Assembly (NCBI RefSeq): GCF_036321535.1
Contig: NC_087437.1
Location: 43,836,001-43,900,000, forward strand
From: Camelus dromedarius
Lineage: Eukaryota
Length of the DNA stretch: 64,000 bases
Direction of reading: 5' to 3'
Shown: positions 53,493 to 64,000 of the stretch, one piece after another
How the letters are laid out: the number at the start of each line of letters is the position of its first letter
Numbering within the stretch: the first letter of the stretch is position 1
Notes under the pieces: model-generated
Seen by the model: the letters and a program-made list of their open reading frames with translations, nothing else
Databases searched by the model: none
What the model was told of the DNA's origin: nothing
Program-made: the position numbers and the translations under genes

Positions 53493-53538
<46 letters not shown>
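53493..53538. repeat. (AT)n(GT)n microsatellite
   Basis: Read directly. Confidence 0.95.
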
Positions 53539-53699
53539 ATAATGACAAAAACGATCATTTTCTTTACTGTAAAAGAGCTCAAACAAATCAGAAACACCAC
53601 TAACTCCTTTATATATCTGGAGTAGGGAAGTGAATCAAAAGTTGGCAAAATAAACTCTCTTATTAAGAGAAAGAAATTTAAAAAAAAAAAAAAAAAAGA

Positions 53700-53941
53700 A
53701 AGGCAGACGAGGTGGCCAGGCCTGCCAGTGGGATGTGTAAACGACTGGGAGCCGGACGACTGGCAGAGGGCTGGCTCTGGCTGGGCCAGGTGGTGGGAAC
53801 AGTAGGAGGCGCCGGCTGCCCTGTTTCGGGGTCATTTCCTATGCTCATTCCGTCTGCTGGTTTCCTTCTTTCGCTTCCACCTTCTGACTCGGACAGCACC
53901 TGTTCTGTACCAGTACCTTGGCAGGCAGACTTCATGTACGT
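53700..53941 (+). promoter_or_regulatory. Small GC/CpG-rich element: candidate promoter, first exon or enhancer
   Basis: 11 CpGs in about 240 bp against a CpG-depleted background. Not a repeat I recognise. Ends in the donor-like CAT|GTACGT (53936). Confidence 0.5.
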
Positions 53942-55019
53942 TTTAACAAATTCTCTGTGCCAAATTTTCTCCTTAAGTTACCAAAGGCAATTGTTAAAAA
54001 ACTTGCAGAGCAAGCGAGACAAAACCCAGTTTTCTATGGAAACTAAGTAGTCAAGAACATTGCTAGCAGGAAGACTGCATGTGAATTTGATAACATTTGA
54101 AGCTGGCTTGTTGATGAGAAAAACTTTAATTGTTTTTAATTGTCTGAACAAAGGGGTGTAAATCTCCTCTGTTCCGTTGCTGTTTACTGAATGTCTGTTC
54201 ATGCTAACATGCCCAATTTGGCTTCTCTTTTTCTCCAGTGTTAACTCAGCAAATTTCCAAGAACTGAGAAAAACAGTTCTATTGCACTAGGACAAAGCCT
54301 TTTCTCAGCAATACAGTGTGGCTTATGCCAACCTGTTGCCTGGAAACTAGGGACTTTAACATGTGGGTTTTCTTAATGATAGGTATTTTGAAATTTTCAA
54401 TAGAATTTTTTCTCTTTGTAGCTGCAGCTCATTTATGTACCTTTTGCCTTATGGAGATGAAAGGGGAGAATTACAACCTCCCTCAAAACTGGAATAACAC
54501 AGTTTTAGGGGAATACATATTCCTTTTACTAGAAGTAAGATTTTGCACACAGGAGAACCAAAGCTTTGCTCACATTTCTTTCTTACCATATCACTCTTCT
54601 TTAACTCCAAACTTTACTGGCTGTTTATTTCTAGAATATTAACATTTGGGTAGCAAGAATTTCAAAGAAAACTTTTCAAGAACTCTTTCCTGTCGATACC
54701 TATTATGTCACACTCCACATTCTATTTAATTTCAATTGGGAATGAAGTGAGATGCTTATTATGAAGATAATTTGGTGATGAATTCTGGTAATGGATTATT
54801 TTTGATCACCATGTATCTGAATCATCTTTTGTGAAATATTTACATACTGATTTATTTCTTTCTAAATTAGAAATTGAAATGTGTGACAGTATAGCTAAAG
54901 CACAGACTCAGGTCAGAAAGATGAAAGGCGATGGTTAAATAACATAAGGGTTAATAGTCAAGGGATTTAACAGGTGTAAAAGTACAATATATTTATTTAG
55001 TACTTTTGAAGTGGGTTAA

Positions 55020-55800
55020 TCAATCAACCATTCAACATGTCCTGAGTATATGGCATGTGGGGGAAAATGCACTGGATGCTAAAAAGATGTCTATTTTTAA
55101 ACAAAAAGCATTACTAGGTTCCACTTATAATTTTAATTATTATAGAATGTAGAGGAGATCAGTATGTTTTCTGCTACGGAACTGTTTACAACTGTAGGAG
55201 CACAAGATAGGCAGTTAAAGTATAGTACAGAAATAGAGAATAGGGGTGTATTTAAATAGGTGCTAATTCTGAGATGAAGACCGTGTTTGTGACAGTCATA
55301 GAAAAGGGTTAAATCTGTGAGCTGAAATTTTCAGAGAAGGCATTTCAGAGGCAATATGGTTTGAGCTGGACTATGACAGATGAGGAGACTTTGGGTAGAT
55401 AAGAGAGGTAAATAGGAAACTTTTTTTGTTGTGTGTGTGAGGGGAGGGTGTCACCAAATGGCATGAGCCTTAAAGTCAGTGGTTTCAGCAGTTAATCTCA
55501 GGGAGACTGGTAGTGCAAGGAGACATTAGTGACTGGCACAGAGGATGTGTCCTGGGACGTTGACAGATGTGAGAAGTAAGTAGAGTCAGGGCCTTCAGAG
55601 CCAGGCAGGGTACTTTACACCTAGGCAGTGGACTATTGTAAGTTCTTGAGATGAGGGTCCCATTAGGAAGGTAGGTGGAGAAATGAACCTGAGCTGGAAT
55701 AAGAGGCAGGATGGTTGGCTAGGAGGGCGTTGTGGACATCTGTGCACAAGGGGAGCCGGCCAAATTAGGGTGTTAATGGAGGCGTGAAGGAAGAAATGCA
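55020..55800 (-). mobile_element. L2 fragment
   Basis: 'caatcaaccattcaacatgtcctgag', 'cagagaaggcatttcagagg...tttgagctgga' and 'ggccttcagagccaggc'. Confidence 0.65.
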
Positions 55801-56059
55801 GTGTAATTAAGCCGTATTTTACTGATACTTATTTCTTATTTACAAATATAGTACAACAATTAACATGTTCTAGAGACAGTAATTAGCAATCAGGTTAAAT
55901 TACTTTGATTACCTCTTTTACATTTACTGAAAAATATTTTCACGAAAGCTGCTTTCCAAGATGTTTTATAGTCTGCTCTCTACGTAGTTTCTCTTCTGCT
56001 GCTCTTTCAGTCGTGTTTTCTCCTTCCACCTCCCTCACCCTTTTTCTCTGTCCTCTTTC

Positions 56060-57760
56060 CACTTTCCTTTCTAAAAGAATAAAATTTAGGATGCTTTCTA
56101 TTGTGATTTAAATAAATCAATCATCATTTTATATAAGTATTATCTAAGCATAGTTTAAAAATCATAATGTGCTGAAAATTAAAAATAGAAATCTTCTAAT
56201 ATTTCTTTCCAGGCCTGCTCTGAAGAGACAACCATTTCCAGCTGTTTCATTTTTTTCTCCTAATAGTTCTATGCTTATGTAGTTATTTCTTGATTTACAA
56301 ATAGCTTGATACTATTGACTTCTTGTTTTGTTGGTTGAGAATTTATTTTTCTAAGAGCTCACACCTAGCCGTCCAAAATATCCTCCTTTTTAAATTACAG
56401 ACTTATATCACAATTGTTCATTAGTTTTTACATTTATAATAAGTGAATATAATTTACTTCTGAACTAAGACATATATTATGATTTTTTTCCCTTCTCATA
56501 TATTTTTAAACATTAACACTTTCCTTTATTGTTTGCTTATTTTTCTGTATACCTGTTGCTATTTCTCCCCAAATGTTCTGTAAAAGATCTATTAAATGGT
56601 TATCAATAACACTTTTTTCTTATCAATAACATTTTAAAATGATTTTGTTGTTGTTGTTCTGAGAAAATGTGGCCAATAATGGCTTCATTAGTAAAGACAG
56701 ACAGAGGCCTTAGTAGTGAATTTAGTCCTCACGTTAGAAAATGAGAAATGCCGAAGTACCTAAAAGAAACTAGGAAGTGTTCTTCTGAAACACCTACAAA
56801 ATAAACTCTTGAGCTTGATGGGGAGAGAGGAAAGGTTGGGAATAAAGAAGAGAATGGATTCAGATGAGACTCATGAAATGATCTATTAGCTACATTAAAC
56901 TTTTTTTTGTCGTGGAGATATTCCTGATGTATCCCTTCATCTTCCTGCGTCAGTTTTGGCTGCTGTTTCTAGGTCTGGTACAACTGTCACCCTGGACCTT
57001 TTCTTTCCTGATTTTTATATTAGGATCCTGTATTACCTGCATCTCATTTCTGCTTACGATGGCTATCTGAGAAAGGATGCCTGGGAAAGTCTTTTGACTC
57101 CTTATAAGTTTGTTATGTCTGTATTCTACCATCATGCTTGATTGATAGTTTGGGTGGCTATAAGCTGCTTCCTCTTGGAATTCTAAAGCCTCTATTTTCT
57201 TGTAGTATTTCTGTTGAGAAGTCCGAGTCCATCCTAACAGTTGGTGCTTCTTAGGAAATTTTTGATCTCTTTATTCGGCATCTGTGTGCTTTTTCAAACT
57301 GGACTTTGGTTTGGTAATTCTCTTACTGTTACTGTTATTGTTATTATCATAATATTGTGATTTTCTTTCTTCTTTATTTCAGCAATTCCTATTGGAAAAA
57401 TTGCTGGCTTTCTTGGATTAATTCTCTGACTTTTTTTTTCTCCTGTTATTTTCTATTTCTTTTGGTCTCTGGTGGTTTCCTTGATTTTATCTCATTATTA
57501 TTTTTCTAATTTTTAGGAACTCTTATTCTGTGATTGTTCCTCTTTTATGGTATCCTTTCTTGTTTCATGGTACACTATATTAATTTTATTTTGTTGGAAT
57601 ATTTCTTGCTCTGAACAGTCTATTTTCTCCTGGTTCTCTTTTTTTCAGTTTTTGTTTTGCAGGCATTTCTTACGTATTTAGTAATCCTTAAATGTCTGTT
57701 TTAAGAATTAAACACTAAAAGCTGATAATTATATGCTTAGGTGGGATTTGGTTTCTAGTG
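56060..57760 (-). mobile_element. Decayed L1M/HAL1-like sequence (ORF1 region)
   Basis: 'cttgattgatagtttgggtggctataag', 'tgttgagaagtccgagtcc' and 'tatcctttcttgtttcatgg'. Confidence 0.55.
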
Positions 57761-58239
57761 AGCTTTGCCATGGAATGGCGGAAAGCAAGCCTTTTCATTT
57801 TCAGTAATTGATGATGTACAGATATAGATATATATTTTTAAGTTTTATAACAAACCAGAAAAGTAAATATTTCTCCCATTTTAGTGTTGAAGAAAAAAGA
57901 GTCAATGAGGTTAAGTAGTTTTCTAAGGTTACATGTCTCATTTAGCCTATGTGAATCAAAATCTCGCACCCTTTCTGAGATATCATCATCTAATTTTATG
58001 TTTTCCCTTCTGGAGCTACAATTCTGGGTCAAGTGGCATTATGCTAAAATTTTGTGAAGATAATGACAACTCTTTAAACTGCCGATTAAAGGTCACTTAA
58101 CATAAATGTAAATACACTTTGAAATGCCCTCCAAAACCTCTCAGTTTGTAGCATTTAAACTGAATATTAGACTAGTAAGTTACAAGGGAATTAAAATGCT
58201 TCACCAGTTTGTACTTCGCTGATGCCACCACATTATTGA

Positions 58240-58820
58240 AGCATAAAGCTAGAAGTGGAAAAGGAACCACCTTCATAAATGGCAGAATTAAATTTTGAAA
58301 ATGTACAATCTTTTGAGAAAAGAATTTGTTAATATCTATCAATAGCCTCTAAAAATTTGCCATCTAATTTTAGAAATCTCTCCTACAGGAGAAAAGCAGA
58401 AGTGTGGATGAAACTACAGATAAATCTTCAAAATTATGATGTTCAGCATTAAATATGCCAACTTAAAATTAGAAACAACCCAAATTCATACAATGGCGAG
58501 ACTTTTAAATAAATTATGATAAAGCCATATGATGGAGTATTATGTAGCTATTAAACATGATGTTTTTAAAGGGTGCTTTAAATACCATACGGAAATGGCT
58601 GGTGTGTTAAGTGAAAAAGCAAAATGCCAAATTGTACTTACAGTGCAGTGCAGAGTAGGTTAAAATTGTTGTACATTTGCATAGAAAAAGACTAGAAGAA
58701 AACATATCAAACTGCAAATAGTATTTGTCTCTAGATTCTGCAATTATGGGCGATTTAAATTTCTAATTGATACTATTCTGTAGTTTCTTAAAATAAAAAT
58801 GTATTATTTAAAAAATAAAA
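58240..58820 (+). mobile_element. L1ME3/4-like 3' end
   Basis: 'aaattagaaacaacccaaat...aaataaattatg...catatgatggagtattatgtagctattaaa...gaaaaagactagaagaaaacatatcaaa'. Confidence 0.8.
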
Positions 58821-59481
58821 AAGTATGCAGTCTTTAAAAAACACTTAAAGGAAAACAGAAAAACTCTCTTCAATCTATCTGCTGTTGATAGTAAGTGTAG
58901 TTAAGGGTTCACTGGTTCTTCCTTACATTCATATAACCATCTGGGGATAGTACTAACAGGACAGAATTGGGCTTTTTACTGCACTGGATTGATACTAAAA
59001 ATTTCCTAATTTGGGAAAAGGTGTTATTTATTTTATACCTTAAACACTCATCATTGGATTGTCATATATATGATTTAAGTCATTAATGTGCATTTTAAAT
59101 TTATTGTGCATTTTAATTTACAGTGCAACTTTAAATATATTTTGTACACAAATTGAATCTGGTTTCTGAAATATTTTGTAAAAATCTATTAAAGGTTTCC
59201 TAGTGACAAATGTTACATGTGAAAAAAGTTAAAGGTGTGTAACTGGGTTTTATGAATAAAAAGTAAGGGGAAAAATCACCCTGATTATATGCAATTAATA
59301 CTAGCTTAGCTTTTAGACATTTTTTAGGTAAACAGTCATTTTATGTAATTTGTTTACTAATTGCAGTGATTTTAAACACCTGGGCTCCCTTTGGACTATC
59401 TATAACAAATCTCTAGGAAATAAGAATTATTTAGCACACATGATGTCGAAATGGAGTGAAATGGGTGGGATCTAGATATTA

Positions 59482-59612
59482 TAGTTACCCCTTGATATTC
59501 TTGGGATCCAGGACCCCTCTCGGATACCAAAATCCACAGAATCTCTGGTCCTTTGTATAAAATGGCATAGTACCCTCATTCTCTGTATCTCGTGGTTACA
59601 GAGGGCTGACTA
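59482..59612 (+). mobile_element. MER2-like (Tigger) short MITE
   Basis: 'ccaggacccctctcggataccaaaatccacag...tataaaatggcatagta...acagagggctgacta|ta'. Confidence 0.75.
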
Positions 59613-61734
59613 TACTTAAACTTTTATGACTTTCAGCTATACTGAATTCTAGAATAGAAATTATGTAAGTGGTGTTGCTGGTTCTGTGGATACAATTTTA
59701 ATGACAGAATTTTTAAAAATGAATGTTTTAAAACATATGTATTTTTAAATTCAAAGCACAGATAATTTGGCCAAATTAAATAATTAATTCTTGTAAGGGC
59801 AGGCAGTAGATAGACACTGTGTTACTGAATATTCAAGAAAGCTTGAAATGTGTATTTTTTTCTGTAATCACTGTGCAAACATTTATTAAGCACCCAAGAG
59901 CTAAAGCCTTCCTCACTCTACTAAAAATGGAATTATAAAACATATTGGCTAATATTTTATATGAATATAATGAAATTTTGGCAGATTGCTACTATTAAGC
60001 AGCAATGTAAACACAGTGCTTAAGGTCAGAGGCAAGAAATATCTCCAGCACAGCTTCACTTATGAAATATGGCAAATTAAATGACACAGATTTTTCTAAT
60101 TTTGACACCTCCCCCAGTTAAAGAAATCTTATGTTTGGTCTAACTGAATTCATAATTATCATGTTTGTTCATAATTTTGGAAGGATGCTTTTAACTTTAA
60201 TATTGTAGGTTCAATTTAGACAATTTTGCAGTTTCAGCCACTGAAATGAGGCTGACCAAGTAAGTGGCCTCACTGCCTGGGGATATGGCTTTCTTAATTA
60301 CAGCTGCCATCTGCCTCAAAACTGTCACACATTTTGGTTCCTCCTGTCCCCCAATCCTATATGTGACATTATTTTGTCATTTGGTAATCTCTTCTCCAAA
60401 TTCTGATCCTGATCCTGCCCCCAGGTTTCGTTTTTTTTTTTTTTTACATCAAGGAAAAGCAAAATTTTCTAATGGTCTCATCCTGCAACACAGTTAAAAG
60501 AAGGGATTAAATTACAGCCACTGATTTGTTTTCTGCTGTTTAAAATACTTCTTTCCCTTTGTGAGGTGGGCAATTTTTCTTTGTTTCTTAGCATATAGGG
60601 AGAAAGGGGCTAATTTAAACAAAATTTAGTTTATGTAAAGAAGACAATTGAAACAGTGAATATCTTTATCTTTGAACCATTGATCTCTGTTATCCAGGAT
60701 ACGGGCAGAGTTTCAACTGAATCTTTAATTGCGAGGTATAAGAAGTATTTACAATATGCTTACAATGTGTCCAATGGAACATTTTGTTTCTAAAAGGAAA
60801 TTTTACTGTGTTGTTCCTCTTTCTAGGGCAGCCATTTACTTTTCTCCCTTAAATAAACAAAGAATTCAGTACATACTTTACAGCCATTTAAATAATCATA
60901 AAATGTATTTGATAAAATGGATATTGTTTAGTTCTCTATATTTTTATCTGTTAACTTTGGCTTGCCTATAAAAACTACGACTAGAATCATAAAGGATTCT
61001 ATAGCATATGTGTGTTTTACATGTTACATACTTTTTTCATGTTTGACAAAATGTCAGTCTCCATGTTTTCAGACTGTCCTTGACTTTAAACAGAACTAAG
61101 TTCACTCAGTTTTCTTTTGGTGCATTGTTTAACGACACCAGCTTTCTGTACTGACGTATGACATATAAGGTGCTCCTTGTAAAACTACTCCCAGGTTGAT
61201 ATATGGTTCATGTGAGGCTAATGCATCCCCAGACGTTGTGGACTTTTACATATACCTCAAAGATGTTTTTCAGCTGATGTTTATATAGGAAACACTTATA
61301 TTTATTTATCTCAATTTAATGCATGATTTTTAATAAAAATAATGCTCAAGTAGAGATGGGATATAGTTGTTGGAGTGTCAGAATCAGGTGTAGCCTCTGC
61401 AGAAAACCCACTGCATATCAGCATTAGTGACGTGCTTGAGTGTGGCTGATGCTGGGAGGTCACACCACTACATCCAACTCCATGTTTGCTAACTACCGTA
61501 TTAATTACTCGGTGACCAGGAAGCAATGATTTAAGTGGTTTATATCCTAATATGGTAGTTTTCCACTTAGAGTTTTAATGTGTTTTATGAAATTCATTGT
61601 GTTGGGGTTAATGTGTAACAACTACTAATATTTCCCATTTAACGCAACAGGAAAAAAGTTAGCTTATGTCTGATTTTCAGGGGCTATATTATTGACATTG
61701 GAGAGATGACTGAACTCGATTCTGAAAGTCTGAT

Positions 61735-61965
61735 GTGGTGGAAAAACACATAGGCTTGGCATCCATGGTCCTTAGTTCAGATTCTGCAACTGATACATTA
61801 TGTATACTTGAATAAGTTCCTTAAGCGTTTTGAGCCTGAGTTTTCTCCTTTGTAAAATAAGAACAATAATACTCATCTTTTACAGTTGTTTTGAAGGTTA
61901 ACAAAAATATACATAAAACATTCTAGTGCCTTGCACACAATAGTCACTATGTTAGTGAAGACTAT
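61735..61965 (+). mobile_element. MIR
   Basis: 'cttgaataagttccttaagcgttttgagcctgagttttctcctttgtaaaata...agtgccttgcacacaatagtcact'. Confidence 0.8.
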
Positions 61966-63749
61966 TATGATTAGTAATAATTTGCAGTAATTAACTATGT
62001 AAAAGTTAATAATAATGCCAAATTTTGTATGACGCCTTCTAGTTGGTGGAACACTTTCATATACAACATATTTAATCTTTCCTAAAGTTCCATGAGACAC
62101 CTAATTATTATTCTTAGCATCCCACATATCCAGCTTACACTGGAGGTTAACTGATGTGGCTAGTAAATGATGAAGTAAAAATGTGAGCTTAATCTTGTAA
62201 TTTCAAAGTCTGCTTTTTGTACTGTAGAACATCAATTTCTTATTAGTAGTTACTAACTTTATATTCCAGATGACAAACATTTATTTGGCTCAAAAGTTTT
62301 AGATAGATAGATAAATAGATAGACGAAAAATTTTCTAGTGGGATCCAGTATTAGTTTCTACTAAAAATCATTAATGCATGGAGCTGTTAGCACTGGATAA
62401 TTCCTTGTAATTGCGCAGTGATTTGCAATCCCATAGTGTTTTCACAAGCTTTAACGTACTTAGGCACACGTGGGGACGGAGTGGGTAGCTACCATATCTT
62501 TGTCGCAGGTGATGAACCTGACGTCTTGAGAAGTTGTGTTTTGCTGAAGGTGATGTTTTTAGTAAATACCAGAATGTTGTGTCCCCAAGTACAGATTTTA
62601 CATAAATTACCTAAATTCTATTTTATTCAGCACTTACTATTATGTTTAGAGAAGATGTTAGAAGTACAGAAATAAATAATATAAACCTGTTGCCTTTATA
62701 GATTTTAAAATTTACGTGTATGTGTGTGTTGGGGAAGGAGACAAAAATGCATTTAAATGACCGTAATAGAAGGTGCAGTATCCTAAGTGTTATAGTCATT
62801 GGAAACAAGACAAGAGTGATGTAGAAGAAACTAAAACAAAACAAATCTTGATTATATATTTGGTCAGTGAAACTCCTAAAAGGTGTTACGGTTTATGTAG
62901 AAGAAAACTGGACATGACTATAGTTTTCTAAGTCTATGAAAAGTTGCATTTTTGTTCTTAAAGGGATTGTGGACTGTAATGAGTGCACTCTACAATTTGC
63001 TAAAATTTATGATAAGAAAAAACAATTAAGCAAGATAATATAACTGCCTATTGATGCTTAATGAAAATACTTATGCATTCATTAAATTTAGAAAATGGAA
63101 AACTTAGTTCTGTGTCTTAATTCAGTCTCCTTATGTTTAGGTGGGATTTAGGTTTAATGAGTTTTAATAATATTCTTGAATTTGATGTATTTATCTTCAT
63201 CAAAGACACTTAGCTCCATACTACTTTAAGTAGCACATTAAGAAAAAGATAAATTCTTCCTTTGCTTTCATCTATTCCTGAAAAATTTGAGTGTATGTAG
63301 TTCGGAATTAGAGTCATTTTCCATTTCTTGTGATTAATTCAGGAAACAAGCAGTCTGGGCTTTCCAGGTACCTTCTTTTCAGTAATGGGTGATTTTTTGT
63401 TTTGCATTTGAACGTGTTGCTTTCAGATGAATGTTAGGTAATTCTCTGTCCCTAAATGCATTGAAAACTGCAGAATTTGTTGATTGTAATTTAGTTAATG
63501 ATGTTCTCCATGCTATATTTTACAAGCAAAGTAGAAATTTCTATGCCTTAAAATAATCTGAACTGACATAGTTCATGAAAGTTTATAATTGATGTAACTG
63601 CTGACTGTATTTTACGTATTTTATAAATATCTAAAAATATTTGTGTTTTCTCCAGAAAGCAGAAAAATAAAGGAGAATCAGCCATTCTTTTGCTGCTCAT
63701 TTTATTTAGTTTTTCTATTTTTAAATAAAAAGGTATGATATCTTTCATG

Positions 63750-64000
63750 GTTTTCTTTTTTAGTTAATACATTGTGACTATTTTCAGTATTATTTAATAT
63801 TCTTCTACAACATAATTTAATAGCTACAATTAAATACATATGCTATAGAATAAATTGTACCATGGTTATTTATCTATTCTATTGTTGAACATTGAAGTTT
63901 TCTTTCCTTTCTTCCTTTCACCCTTCTTTTCTCTCTCTCTCCTTCACTTTTTAATTAAAACACTATAGAACTTCTTTTCCACAGATCCGTGAGCACATTA
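63750..64000 (-). mobile_element. Decayed L1ME-like fragment, running off the window
   Basis: 'tgtaccatggttatttatctattctattgttgaacatt'. Confidence 0.5.

Noticed and set aside
53635..54050. Overlapping ORFs in the GC-rich patch
   Set aside because: Explained by local GC content lowering stop frequency. They run into poly(A/T) sequence and resemble no protein family I know.
4042..63748. Supplied 60-129 aa ORFs as protein-coding genes
   Set aside because: They are short and compositionally biased. Many overlap antisense L1, LTR or microsatellite sequence. The only recognisable peptides are L1 remnants (6861, 32050, 41004).

Overview
AT-rich, CpG-depleted, repeat-dense mammalian genomic DNA, most likely from a camelid. 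Two tRNA-derived SINEs match my recollection of the camelid Vic-1 family. Much of the window is decayed transposons: antisense L1M copies, L2, MIR, MaLR and ERV1 solo LTRs, and hAT-Charlie and Tigger MITEs, several of them nested. None of the supplied ORFs looks like a real single-exon gene; they are L1 remnants, microsatellite translations or chance ORFs. From splice signals alone I infer the 3' end of an unidentified + strand gene, with small exons at 450-473 and 21905-21963 and a probable terminal exon from 36584. An intergenic stretch follows, then candidate promoter or 5' exons of a downstream + strand transcript near 49.9, 53.8 and 62.5 kb. I found no CRISPR array, rRNA, true tRNA or convincing novel system. 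The notable items are the frame-ambiguous terminal exon chain, local repair or duplication scars, and nested insertions. Repeat family names come from recalled consensus sequences, not from a search, and most repeat boundaries are approximate.
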